From: Podarcis tiliguerta
Taxonomy: Eukaryota
Direction: 5' to 3' (one strand)
Length of the DNA stretch: 64,000 bases
NCBI GenBank assembly: GCA_965153285.1
Contig: OZ229119.1
A program made the translations under genes and the position numbers. The notes below the pieces were generated by a model. That model saw only the letters and a list, made by a program, of their open reading frames with translations, did not search any database and was not told the origin of the DNA. Every line of letters starts with the position of its first letter. The stretch's first letter is position 1. This document shows positions 24,985 to 38,454 of this stretch, in pieces.

Positions 24985-26883
24985 TCAGACATCAGACTCA
25001 ATACTGGAAAGTTTCTCATAAACNNNNNNNNNNNNNNNNNNNNNNNNNNNNNNNNNNNNNNNNNNNNNNNNNNNNNNNNNNNNNNNNNNNNNNNNNNNNN
25101 NNNNNNNNNNNNNNNNNNNNNNNNNNNNNNNNNNNNNNNNNNNNNNNNNNNNNNNNNNNNNNNNNNNNNNNNNNNNNNNGAAGTCTGGCCTGGCCTTGGG
25201 CCCTCCTGCCACCACAGGCTGCCTGAAGAAATAGGATTTGCTGCCGTGGAGCAAGCACTGGTCATCCCCAAAAGTGGGGATGAAAGGGTTTTGAGTGACC
25301 CGGTCGGGGTAGAGCGACTTGCTGAGCATATAACCACCACTAATGCCAGGATTGTTGTGGTGGTGGTGGCTGGTGGCGGGCACTGAGGACTTGTTGTTGG
25401 CAAAAGTGGACTCGCTGGCTGGCATCTCAAACATGTGGGCATAGGGGCTTCCCTCCAAAAAGCGGCCCTTGTCCTTCAGGCTGACGCTGCGGGGGGCCAG
25501 GGCGGCGTCTTCCTTCTGCAGATCCACAAAGGTGTCATAGGAGTGCTGCCGGCGTAGCTTGTTGCGATTCTTCTTCTGCACCTTGGAGGCAGAGTTGGAA
25601 GGGCTCTGAGGATACTTGGTAGTGGAGGTGCTGGTTGCCACGGGCACAGGAGCAGATGGCTGATCCAGCTCTTGGAGGGAGTTGTCCTCACTGATGTCGT
25701 AGAGGTTTCCGGCCTTCTTGCAGGCTTCACACCGGATGCATGGCTGGCGGGTGGAATTCTGCCCCACCACGGTCGGAGTGTAGTTATGCAGCTTTGATGG
25801 GCAACTGCGGCAATAGTTAGCGCCAGGGCGTTCCTCCCAATCGAGATTGGTGAGGTTTTTCTCCCATGGCGCTGGTACCCCACTCACAACACTGTGCTTG
25901 TGCTCATTGTTTGCTCCAAACTCCCCCGACCCGTGTTTGTGGTGGGTCCTGTTAGTACATGTCCCTGCTCCCCCTATAGTTTCACGCTTGAAGTCATCTC
26001 CCCGCTCTTTATAAATATCCGTCAGATCCACATGTTCCCAGTGCGGTGAGTTCTCCTTAGCCCGGAACTGGTCCAAATAGAAATCCCGTAGCCCTTCCTT
26101 GTCCCTAAAGTAGCGCTTATGGTCAGGGGAACGGGGACGCCGGCGATAGGCCAGTTCAATCTCATCAAACTCTCTCCGCGACTTGGCCGAGGCTGGGCGC
26201 TTCTTTAGACTATCTTTATACTGCTGTTTTCGCCGCTTTGCAGCATTGCCCTCAATGTTGCCATAAGTCACGGTATGAGTCGATATGTCCGAGACATCTG
26301 AACGGATCAAATCGTCGTGTGCCCCTCCACCGCTGTATCGGTCACTCTTGAAAGACAACTTGCCATAAAGGTCACCTAACTGGCCATGTTTGGCCGGCGG
26401 CAAACCGATATCTAATGGCTTCTTACTGAGAGATCGAGGCTGTGCGGAGAAGGGTGGATTATCACAGTCATACAGTCCATCGATGGAGCTGGCGCTCCCT
26501 ATGCTATGGGGGCGATGGTGGTGATGATAATGGTCTTGGTAAACATTGCTTTCTTTCAGCTGCAGATTACCAAAGGTCCTTTCCACCTCACTAATATAAT
26601 CACTGAAGAGGTTTTCCTCGCAGGGGGGGTTGTTGTAAGACTTGCAGTCGGAGTGAGTGAAGCTACGGCGGTGCTCAGAGATATCGTAGACAGAGGATTC
26701 GCGACGGATAAAATCCAGGGCACTTTGTGGTGAGCCATTGACACCTGAAAGGTTTGCCATGTTCTTTGCTGTTCGGAGCAGGCGCAAAATGTTGGAATGG
26801 GTATTGTTCATGGTGGCAGTGGGGGAGTTCATGGAAGAATGGCGGTCCTCAATAGCCACTCCATGGATGCAGCTGTAAATACC
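24985..26883 (-). CDS. GRIN2B: GluN2B terminal coding exon (exon 13 equivalent), cytoplasmic C-terminal domain, 632 codons plus TGA
   Basis: TTGCAG acceptor, then [12 protein letters not shown]... Retains the CaMKII site LRRQHSYD, the Cys cluster CRSC...CIRCEAC, the YEKL endocytic motif and the ESDV PDZ ligand. TGA at 24985-24987. Positions 25024-25179 are N. Confidence 0.98.
   Translation of the reverse strand, partial: GIYSCIHGVAIEDRHSSMNSPTATMNNTHSNILRLLRTAKNMANLSGVNGSPQSALDFIRRESSVYDISEHRRSFTHSDCKSYNNPPCEENLFSDYISEVERTFGNLQLKESNVYQDHYHHHHRPHSIGSASSIDGLYDCDNPPFSAQPRSLSKKPLDIGLPPAKHGQLGDLYGKLSFKSDRYSGGGAHDDLIRSDVSDISTHTVTYGNIEGNAAKRRKQQYKDSLKKRPASAKSRREFDEIELAYRRRPRSPDHKRYFRDKEGLRDFYLDQFRAKENSPHWEHVDLTDIYKERGDDFKRETIGGAGTCTNRTHHKHGSGEFGANNEHKHSVVSGVPAPWEKNLTNLDWEERPGANYCRSCPSKLHNYTPTVVGQNSTRQPCIRCEACKKAGNLYDISEDNSLQELDQPSAPVPVATSTSTTKYPQSPSNSASKVQKKNRNKLRRQHSYDTFVDLQKEDAALAPRSVSLKDKGRFLEGSPYAHMFEMPASESTFANNKSSVPATSHHHHNNPGISGGYMLSKSLYPDRVTQNPFIPTFGDDQCLLHGSKSYFFRQPVVAGGPKARPDFXXXXXXXXXXXXXXXXXXXXXXXXXXXXXXXXXXXXXXXXXXXXXXXXXXXXVYEKLSSIESDV
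25024..25179. other. 156-nt run of N (assembly gap or masked segment) inside the last coding exon
   Basis: Seen directly. It spans exactly 52 codons between ...KARPDF and VYEKL..., and the frame is preserved. Confidence 0.99.
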
Positions 26884-28329
26884 CTGCAATGGGGGAAAGC
26901 AAAGGGAGGTTAGCAGAGGAGCATTCCAGCAGGGGAGATGCAGAGCTTGGAGGACTGAGACAAAGAACCTTGTCCTTTGCTAAATAGGATCCTCAGTGGG
27001 ATATTGTTGGGAGATGAGACAATCTAGACACTATCATAATGGTTCTTCCACTTTTAATCTTCCTCCACCTTTGCCCCTCTACCCCTTGCCCTTTCATTAT
27101 TAAATTGAAATAAATCTAGAAATTTATTCAGACCTTTATTGAAGTGGTTTGGTTTTTTTAGACATGGTTGCAGATGTTTCTTACAGATCAGATGCTCAGA
27201 GTGCTGTGGTCAGGAGTACTGTTTAAGGGTTACACCTTAAGCACTAGCTGCAGGATGTGATCACTGTTTTCCAATGCCCTGGTAAGCGCTTCAGACAGTT
27301 TGTAATCATGCACATGAGATTATTCTGAATCTCCAACTACTGCAGATAGGCCATTAGACAAGCCTTTGATCCACAGCACTTGTTTACATTTAGTTTCTAG
27401 GCATGATTCAAGGTGATACTTCTTACTTAGAATACCTAAAAGAGTCCAACTCCTTCCTTTGCAAATATTCTTTAGCTTACAGATTTTGGAAACGGGTCTA
27501 ACCAGTCAGAAATTTGAGGCTGTCAGGACATGACTTTTAGAGGTACAACATATTGGTTCACTTGGCACAGGTTCCTGACCCTCTGCATAGCCTCTAGTCA
27601 TTGTTATTCATCTTGATTACAGACTCTGACCCACAATTGCTGTATGAGTTCCAGCTCTTTCTCCCTAGTCCTGATAAAGAATTGTATAAATTAGGAAGTT
27701 GTACAAAATAGATTTTCCCAACCAGAATTATGCTGTCTTAATACTTTGTCTGAGTTTGACTTTTCTGGTCAAAGAATTCCGCATCCTAAAAATGGATCAG
27801 AGTTTTACAATTAAGAGCCTAGTCTGTTAAGCAAAGAAAGTAATGATGAAAAAATCCACATTTTAACAATGAACATTTACATTGTCACCTCCAAATCATC
27901 TTTAATCCTAGGAACTCAAACTGATGAATTTATTAAGTAAAAGGCAGCTTATGCAGGAGGATCTGATTCCTTAGTGCATCATCACACAATGTAATAATAT
28001 TGGCTGGGATCTGTCAATGCAGCCTTGTGCAGTTCATAATCTCTAACTGGACAGAGAAAGGAACTTTCTTGTATGTTTTCCACAGCTCATGAATTGGAGT
28101 GATAACTAGTAGCAGGGCCTTCTTACTGGTGGTGCCCTGGCTATGGAATGCCACCCCTCAGGAAGTTCTGCTTGCCCCTTAATTGTTTAGTTTTTGCTAC
28201 TTTGAAAACTCATCTCTTTCTGGAAGCATTTGGAAATAATTGGGTTTTTCAGGCTCTGATCTAAAGATAGCTGCTGTTTTAATGTTTTTAATGTAGTAAT
28301 ATAATTGTGTGTTTGTGAGTGTGAGTGAA

Positions 28330-28380
28330 AGAGAGAGAGAGAGAGAGAGGCGGACAGACAGACAGACAGACAGACAGACA
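28330..28380 (+). repeat. Compound (GA)n(GACA)n microsatellite
   Basis: Seen directly. Confidence 0.9.
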
Positions 28381-28985
28381 ATTTGTTGTGTAGCTATTGT
28401 ATGCTGCCATGAGATTCTTACTGCTGAAGGGAGATTAAAAAAATCTACTAAATAAATAATAATATTTGAAATAATGAAAGGGAAAGAATTTTGGAATTCA
28501 AGGAAATTCATACAGAAATTATTTGCTAGAGAGAAAGTTTCTGATCTAAGTGTCCTTTGTTTCTGTCAGTAAAATCTACTCAGAAACATGGGAGAGGGGA
28601 GTTACCTAAAAGTCAGAGTTCTACACAATGTTCTGCTCCAAAGAAACCCCCCTTCTTGTTTTGAGTCTTTCATTATGCTTCTCCAAGACATTTACTCTGA
28701 AGCAAAGCTGAAATAGTGGCCACTCTCCAACCCCTGAACCAACACTTGAAAAAGTCTTGCTGTCCCATTCAGAGACCAGGTCCTGCCTTCACCCAAGCTC
28801 CTCTTATAGTGCTGCTTGAAACAGGTGGCTTCCACCTGCTGCATGGCAGGGATGCTCTTGTTCTTTCAGATAAATTACCAAGAATTACAGAAAACCTTTT
28901 CACACCTTGTTGAAGAAGTGGCTGAGGCCACTGTCCCAAGAATTTAGATTCTCCCAACCTTTCAAAGTTCCATTTTCTTTTCCTA

Positions 28986-29495
<510 letters not shown>

Positions 29496-29956
29496 CTATT
29501 TAGAAAGGAAAGATGCTCCCCAGGGCTTGTTTTTCAGCTGGAACTCACTGGAGCTCAGTTCCAGCACCTCTCTGGTGGGTGCCATTGCCATTCTAAGAGA
29601 ACAAGGGAGGCATTCATGGTGAGTTCCGGCACCTCTTTTTCTAGAAAAATAGAACTGATCCTCCCTAACCCTCCAGTCCTCGAATTTCATTTCCACTTAT
29701 GTTGGATTTACCTAGCCGGAAAACTATACTGGGGCAGTGGGGTGGTGGGTCCACATATAAATTTATTTTTAATAAATAAATAATAGCTACAAAGTAGAAT
29801 AGCCACAATACACCAGAAGTTCATAGTACGGGTGAGTAACAAGAAAATGATAGCATTGCTGCTGACTAGTTGTTGTTGTTGTCTTAGCATTAGTGGTAAG
29901 TAGGGGATAATAGCTTCACTCAATGGAGACACACTCCTAGTTCCTCATCCAGATCA

Positions 29957-30205
<249 letters not shown>

Positions 30206-32344
30206 CTAAATCATGTGATGCTAAAGGAAGTTGAGAACTCCCATGTGACCTCAGGTAACCAAACACAGAGGAAGCCAGGCGGAACAATTGCTTGGGCACA
30301 ATCAGCATTGAGATGAAGGCAGGTTGTAGCATCACCACACAAATCTGCCACATCTTCCAATGGATCTAAACAGACACTATGGCCAATGGTCAGAGATGAT
30401 GGGAGTCTAGCAACATTTGGAGGGCCACAATTTAGTTAACTTTGATTTAAAGATGCCTATGCAGCCCATGTAAACCATTTCATTTATGACTGAACAATGC
30501 TTTCTTCTTCAGCTTGTGAATTCAGCAGCATTTCTACCGTAACTATGTTGTGAATTAAGAAAGCAAAGCAGACCATTTCCCCAACCAAGCAGCTGGAAAG
30601 ATAGCATTAACCAAAATGTAATTACTCAAATTAGCTTCAGCCAGGACCCCTGCTTATGGGAAGAATCCCATAGGCATCTTTAAAGATGACAAGTGGTTAG
30701 GAGATCAAGTTATGTCTCCCTATGAGGGCAGTAACGCTAGCTTTATGGTGTCCCACTAACCTCAAATGGAAGAAAGAAGAAAAAGAATCAGTGCCCAATT
30801 GGAAAAATAAATTACTAGTCCCAGCAATAAGGGTGTGTTTGCACCAGCTACATTTTGAAGCATTCAAAGATAGAATTGCTGCCTTGTTCTGTTGCACCAT
30901 GAAGCATTTCCTGTCTTCATTGCTCAAATACTTCCACATGGATTTACATAATGTGTAGTTTGCCTTTATATGAGTAGAAAGGGTGGCATAGTGATATTCC
31001 CTTCCCCTCCCCCTCAAACAAGAAAAATAGACCCAAAGCTACCCTGTCTGGTAACCTGGAAATTATCCTTATTTGTTCCAGGTTATCAGGTGAGTAGCAG
31101 CCTAGCATGACAAATAAAAACTTTAATTTGCATTCTCCAGGGAACAAACTGTGTATAAGCAGTCCTCCTTCCACCAGTAGAATAATCTGATTTCTGGGCA
31201 ATGAAGAGGAGGAAGAGGAGAGATAGGAATTAATAACCTCAAATGTAATGGAAAAATCATAGCTCGCCAGGTGGGTCAGAAGGTTTCTGGGACAGCAGCA
31301 GCTGCCCCCAAAAAGAAATTTGTTGAGAAATAATTTAAGTCACATGGCAAGCCATTTACATAGGTGGAGAAGTTGTATGGAGCCTTTGCAAAATGGTTCA
31401 GTTATGGTTCCCTGGCACCCAATAATTTAAAAGTTCTGTTCAGGCAACCTGAATCATGCCTTACAGCAAAGCATAAGTGGGGCCCTTACCCTCTCCCATT
31501 ATAAAATGTGCACTGACTAGCTGTACCCTAGTATCCACATCTGCAGGGAGGAAGCCTTTGAGGCACAGCGTGACATGTGAAGGCCTCTTCCTTGCAGACA
31601 TTTGTGCTTTATGTGCAGATGCCAAAGGCATAATGGAAATATATTCGTTGTATGCAAAAATGACAGCTATTGAACATAGAAGACCCCAAAGAGGTGAAGT
31701 GATTCTCCACAACTGGTTTTTCCTCAGAAGATTGCTATTCTGTCACTGATGATCTAGACTCCTTCATAAAACACATGTGACATCAAGAGCAAGGTTAGTC
31801 AGTGTAGTACTGCTCCCAGTTTATACGCTGATACAGAACACGAGCTGAATCAATGGAACAGGGCTACCTGTGAGTTTACACAAGTATAGTATGTGTGTGT
31901 TTACCATGGAAAAGATGCAGCCCTCATATAATAGTGGTTAGGATCCCCAGCTTACTAATATTTTTATATAGCAATTAACATTAGGGATTAAGATAATATC
32001 ATAGTTATTTCAATAATTATGAATTGTAGGTGATGTCTAGCCACAACTATTGCACTGCATCTTAAGGCAATATTTCCAGCAGCTAATCTACTTTTCAGAA
32101 AGTCTGCATTGATGCAAGAAGGGGAAGAATCATTGTTATATTACTTGCACATATCTAGCCGAAAAGAACAAATAATAATAATAATGGATGAGATAAATTG
32201 TTCTTGACAACGTTGTGGTACATGGATTATACGCAATGTTTTAGCAGCAGGAATATTAGGGAGAAGGTTCTTCAAAATCCCAAGAGAATTACACACACAG
32301 GTTTACATTAGCAACCTTATTCTTTAGGGAAGAGGCAATCTCAC

Positions 32345-32505
32345 CCTGTCTTTAATGAGGATAGCGCATCTCCCACCGATCTTTGGTTGAACTTCACCAT
32401 GTAGGCGTGCATCAGTTCGTAATTGTTGCGAATGTTCCTCTCTGTACTGCCATTAGGAACTGTCCCAAAGCGGAAAGGTGGTGAGAAAGCATTTGGGTTT
32501 TGGAA
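32345..32505 (-). CDS. GRIN2B: GluN2B coding exon (exon 10 equivalent), S2; not in the supplied ORF track
   Basis: Hand translation: [54 protein letters not shown]. Polypyrimidine tract and CCAG acceptor, GTGAGA donor, 161 nt. Confidence 0.97.
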
Positions 32506-33096
32506 CTGGAGAAAAAGAGAGAAAGAAAAGCTCTCAGGTTGTTTTCTCAGTGGTTATTTGAGAGAGAACCAGATTTTCTGGGATATCAAGTTGGGAGTTA
32601 TTTCAGAGCTTTAATGGCATGTTGGAACCAGGCCACAGCATGCCATGCATAAGGACTGTAATCCAAGAAAGCTATACATGTTCATGAAGGAGAACCATGC
32701 ACGATGCAGTAGCTTTATTTGATAGTTTCACTGTAACACGTTATACTGCCAAAGAGACAAGAGGCTGAATTAAAAAGCAGTACAGCAATTCCACTATCAA
32801 AACCAAAGCATGGGAAACAGTGAAATCACCTGCTGCATTTGCAACCACATACAATGTATTTCAACTGTAATATTTGTTTTAAAGCTGACACAGAACAAAA
32901 TATTTCCCTAAACAGAAGAATATTTTCTACTAAACAGTTGAAATTATCTTCAAATGTGCTTGCCAATCCTGAGATGGCGGATGGAATGACTAGCCATTTT
33001 TTAAAAATCTACACACAAAAGAACACTCTAACTTATAATAGTGGTGTGTAGATGAAGAGATGCAGCTATGCAAGTATAAGTAGGCTTAGACATCCT

Positions 33097-33244
33097 GGAT
33101 AGCTCAGTTGCTTAGAGAGTATGATAATGCCAAGGTTGCTGGTTTGTTCCCCATATGGAACAGTTGTATATTCCTGCATTGCAGAGAGTTGGACTGAAAT
33201 GATCCTCAGGGTCCTTCCCAACTCTACCATTCTATGATTCTATG
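33097..33244 (+). mobile_element. Short tRNA-derived SINE with CR1-type tail
   Basis: A-box-like GGATAGCTCAGTTG and decayed B box GGTTTGTTCCCC; 3' end GTCCTTCCCAACTCTACCATTCTATGATTCTATG. Related tails at about 43645-43720 (+) and 44995-45085 (-). Confidence 0.75.
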
Positions 33245-36200
33245 TAGAATGCTCAAGATTCCCATTGGCTGAGTCCACTGGCGTTACCAGTGTCAGGGAG
33301 CAAGTTTAGACATGCATAACAATATCCATTAGTCCACCTTTTTACTTTCTCCTATATAAATTGATTGCTGCCAAATTTTTTTTCTAGGGAGGAAAGTAAA
33401 CTGCTGCATTTGAGGATATTGGTACAGTGAGAGGGCAAAACTCTTCCCCAAAACTGAATGGCCTAGCTCATACTTGTTGGGGTCTCATTGTGTGTGCAGT
33501 GGGGAGTGCAATGCATGTTTGTAAACAGAGGTACACTATATTACATACAACCTCATGACTCTTTAGTATATAGAAACTCCCTTCCACTCATGATCATGAC
33601 CGACATTTTACATGCAATTCTCTTCTGGGACCCAAAGGTAATAATAAATAAAGAATACAGAAAAATACAGCTGATACAGAAGGAGCAACATAATTACGCT
33701 GGAACTAAAACTAGCCACATCATCTGAAAGCCTACTTGGTCCTAATGATTCTCTGAAAGCTGGCATGGTCTGAAACAGGTGTAGGAAACTCCCCCCCCCC
33801 CCGCCCCCGCTGTTGCTGAACTTCAACTCCCAACAAACAGAGCTGGTGACCAGGAATGATCGGAGTTGACCTTCAGCAACATCTGGAACTCCAGAGGTTG
33901 TCTACATCTGGTCTACAATCTAAATCAGTGAGATCCACATGTATCATCCATTTTAATTTATGTAAATTTAAAATTGCCTGGCATTGAAGTGGAATTGGAA
34001 AAATACAGTGACTCGTCTTCCTACTAAACATTATAGCATTTTATGGAAATAATTTCTCAAAGAAAGAGTATGATCTATTGCAAGAGCTTCAAGTTATAAG
34101 TTCATGAATCAAAAACGTTAATGCAAGATAATGATTTCTTAAGAATGTTTTGCACATTTTCCTAAAGGGGAAGACAGAAGTTTACAAATACTTCTGGGAA
34201 GTATTTTCCATATCCACAAGCCCCCTGCAGAATAAGTATGTCTGCGTTAATTCCCTCTGCTGCCTTCACTTTCTTCACATAATGGATTTTGAGTAAAGGG
34301 GATTCTAATCCCCGTCTTAATTTGATATGTTGAACAGTTTCCGTACATCATCCAGTCAAAAGCACTGCTGTGAGTATTCACATTGTTTAATAATATGCTC
34401 TGTGGCTGATTCAGAACAACACTTCTTCAAGCTTCTGTACCCTCCTCTTCACTGAGGACATCATTATATAGACCCAGTCAGAAGACCCTTGAGACATTCC
34501 ACTTCAATAAGTTTTGACCCCACCATCGAGATGAGACAAGAGCATTCCATGCACCAGGTTCACTATGGGCAAATACTGTGTCTGGTAATGGTCATATACA
34601 TAATCACCACTGTATACTGAAAAAATGCTGAACACCTCTCATATCTCTACATTGTCCTAGTTCATACCCAGAACATACCACAATGTGAAATTTAAGCTGT
34701 TTTAGTATTTCAAATTGTTGTATGTTCTAATGTATTGCAATTTTCCCCTGATCTTATGGAAGAACTGCAAGAATGAGATCTTCAGGGTCCTTGCTTACTG
34801 TGGACATTAGCAGATGATTACAGAGCAAACAAAAGTCATTTAATGAAAAATAGAAGTATTAGAGGAAAAATAGATACAAAATTGACAAGATTAGAAGGAA
34901 CTGACAATGAAATGAGGAATGAAACTAAACCAGAGATGATTGAAATGGAAAATGGGAACAGAAATTACCTAGAGGATCTGGTTGCTTTGGTCCTGTCTCA
35001 TTTCTCAGATATCCCAACAATACTTGTATGGAATTTAATCATTTACATTGGGACGGCAAAGTTTTAATCCTTCCCCACCCATGAGTCTGACAAAAATGGC
35101 CCTCCACCACAATTACAAAAAGGTTCCCATTGGCACTAATGGAGCTTGCTTCCAATGCTGATTGCAGTTTAATGGTGGTGTTCTGTGACTGGGGAGGAAA
35201 TAGTTAATTGTCCCTTTTTGTGCATTGTAGTTCCAATAAAACACTCACCCTCCTTCCATGCTGGGTGGCAATTTTTCAAAAATTTGTAATCCATGCAATT
35301 ATTGTCTGTTTTGGCTATAAGACAATAATTTCTACCTTCCAGGCCTACAACAGGTGTTAATTAACATAGCAAAGCTAGGGTGATTGTGTTATCCCCAATT
35401 ACTTGTGTTATGAATGGTCACTTAGCTTATCTTAAGCTTCACACAGAATTTTCACAGACCGCACTTTTTGCAACTCATGGGAATATGGCTCCATCTATAA
35501 CCTCCACCCACATGTGCATGTGTGGCCACACAACTGAATATAACACTTCATGCATCTGACAAAGTAAATTCTAGTCCATTAAGACTTATGCCATAATACA
35601 CCTTTTAATCTATCAGATACCGCAAAACACTTGGTTACTTTTTTCTGTAGCAGACTCACAAAGCTATTTGTCTCAAAGATGCTTCCAAATCTTTTCTAGG
35701 ACCGCTGGCATCTCCCTTCATTTGAAGTGATGCTCCTCATTCCACAATGTATTGAACAGACCATATCTAAAGGCAGCAAAGTTTAACTGATGGCTACAGT
35801 ACAGAGAACATCTCACTCTCACTCCTCTTATTTTATTTTGGCAGAAAAGGGTAGAAAATGGGATGGAAGCCATCTTGCAGGCCCCTTGCTGCTCCTGGTA
35901 AATTCATCCCTCATAAAACTCTTTTCAGGCTGAACTGCTGTAAGATTTTATATGCTACTTGGTTTACCCAAGTCACAATCAATGCTTTCTGGGGTTTTAT
36001 GAGCAGTAAACTTTAGCACTGACAATTACGAAAACTCCTTAAAATCCATACACAGAGAAGTAGTGGTGGGAAAAGTGAGTTGAGATGTAAGCCAGGGGCC
36101 CAAAATCAGCATTAAGAGGTGGAAATTATGCCAAGGGCTTTCAAGTAAATGGAAAATTCCCTCCTCACTGCTGCAGAGAGGCATTTTGCGTGGCTTAGTA

Positions 36201-38101
36201 GCTACTTTTGCCAATCTAATAATGGGCACAATAAAGGAGACAGTGAAAGTTGCTTAACTGTCAAACCTGATATTGATATTGTAGCAAAAATATCACACCA
36301 CCCCAATCTCTGAGCAGTGCGAGATTCCAGGGGTCAGGCACTTACCCAGGGTTTGTGCTTCCTTTAGGAATGAGGCATGGTGGAGAATGTGGTGTCTTTA
36401 TGATAATATGGTTTATTGACAAATATATAGCACCTGAGCTATGATGGAGGGGCTTTCAGCATTACACACTGAGAGGGTCCTGCCTTGGATTCAGACAGTC
36501 AGCCCACCTTGCTCTGACACCCACTTTTGCCAGCTTGGAAAATGCAACTATCTTTCCTCTTGCTTACATCAAGCAAAAACTCTTGTTCTGAATAGAACTG
36601 CTCTCCTTCCAACTCTAAAACTCTACTTCAGAAACGGTTTGTCTTCATAAATAATTCTGAATTGAGAAAGAGGCCCCTCCCATTTGCTCTCTGGCACTGA
36701 GCCACTCCCTTTGTCCCAGCTAACGACTCATCATTAGTATGTCATCACCAGGCTGGCCCCTGGCTTTTTCAAAATGCTAAATTCAATCAGCGCCGGATTC
36801 AGGGAGGTGCAGGTGGTTCCCCCACAAAGGGTGCCAAGACGAAACAGCGCAAAATTGAGAAGATCCATAATTGAGAAGATCCATTTGGGGGTCACCAAAT
36901 TTTGGCTTTGCACAGAGCACCATATGATGAAAGATGACCAAAGTCTGTCTCTCATTCAATATCTGGCATCCCAGAATTAGGAGGGGAGTCCAGGAACCCC
37001 ACAAACTTGTAACCATTGGCCTAGCAAGGTCAGGTGGTACCCAGTGTGGAAAATGTCTTGTAACCCCTCCCCCATTGAATTTTATTTTTATTTATTTATT
37101 TAGCCAGCCTGCAATAATGGTTTGACTCTTTTTGGGGGAGCCAGAATTGTTGAGCTTTTCTGGGGAACGTTTTGGCAGCGGAAAGCCTGTGTGTGCAAAA
37201 GCCACACTGTCTCTCACAGATGTGGAGTGCCGCACAGCATTTTGTCACACCCCTCAGAGGTGGCACCTGGGGCAGACCGCACCCAACACACCCAGCTTGC
37301 AACGCCTCTCCTTGTAACCATATAAACTATGGACCTATGCGGTGCACACACAGTAAACTTATCTTACATGGACACAGCAGTTATATGAAAAGTATACTAG
37401 GGTTGCCATATTTCAAACAGTGAAAATCTGGACAGAAAAGTGTTCTGTATATGTCTGGGGAAATCCAGACATATGGCATCCCTAAGTATACACCATCACT
37501 TCCTACTGTAAAAAACATCAGACTGCCAATGTGTACATGTAGTTCAAAACTTAGAGCTCTTTGAAAATAGCTGTGATCCTTACCAGCAGGGGTGGTACAT
37601 TTTTCTATGGTAATACCAATACCTTCTGCTGGCAGAATAGATAAAATCCCTACCAGTACTGTGCAGAAATGTGCGTTAAGGAGTACTGAGGATGGCACGA
37701 GTGTTTCTGTGCTGCTAATAGATGGATGGGGGAAAAACATTTACTGGGATACAGGACATTAAAAAAAAACTTAGACATGAGAAGCCTGATAAGGTACATT
37801 GCACAGAACACAAGAATCCATTCTAAAGGGACAAAATAAAAACCTTTTAGAAAGGCAAAGAAGGCTTTGTACCTGTAAGTCATTCCAAAATCAATAGTAC
37901 TTAGATGTGCTTTACTCTGCACAGTAGTGGGTAGGTGGGTGTGGGAAGGGGTGTGGGATCACATGTGTTGCAAAGTATCATGCCACATTTTATTACCATA
38001 TATAAAGTGCAGGCTAAATCCATGATCCCAGCACTCTCAGCCCGAGCTGTGTCTCTACACTAGGAATAACCAACAATAGGCTACATGTATGTTTGCCAAT
38101 A

Positions 38102-38454
38102 GGACGTGGGTGGTGCTGTGGGTTAAACCACAGAGCCTAGGACTTGCCGATCAGAAGGACGGCAGTTTGAATCCCCGCGATGGGATGAGCTCCCATTGCT
38201 CGGTCCCTGCTCCTGCCAACCTAGCAGTTCGAAAGCACATCAAAGTGCAAGTAGATAAATAGGTACCACTCTGGCGGGAAGGTAAATGATGTTTCCGTGC
38301 ACTGCTCTGGTTCGCCAGAAGCAGCTTAGTCATGCTGGCCACAAGACCCGGAAGCTGTACGCCGGCTCCCTCGGCCAATAAAGTGAGATGAGCCCCGCAA
38401 CCCCAGAGTCGGTCACGACTGGACCTAATGGTCAGGGGTCCCTTTACCTTTACC
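38102..38454 (+). mobile_element. Full-length Sauria SINE
   Basis: tRNA-like head GGACGTGGGTGGTGCTGTGGGTTAAACC...GTTTGAATCCCC; body CTGCCAACCTAGCAGTTCGAAAGCAC...GTAGATAAATAGGTACC; (ACCTTT)n tail. Perfect 14-bp TSD TATGTTTGCCAATA at 38088-38101 and 38455-38468. Confidence 0.93.

Noticed and set aside
33097-33160. tRNA gene
   Set aside because: A and B box remnants run directly into a CR1-type tail and no cloverleaf can be formed; this is a SINE head. The same applies to 38102-38180.
36318-36760. Possible solo LTR (minus-strand AATAAA near 36413)
   Set aside because: I could not define TG...CA ends or a target duplication, so it is left uncalled.
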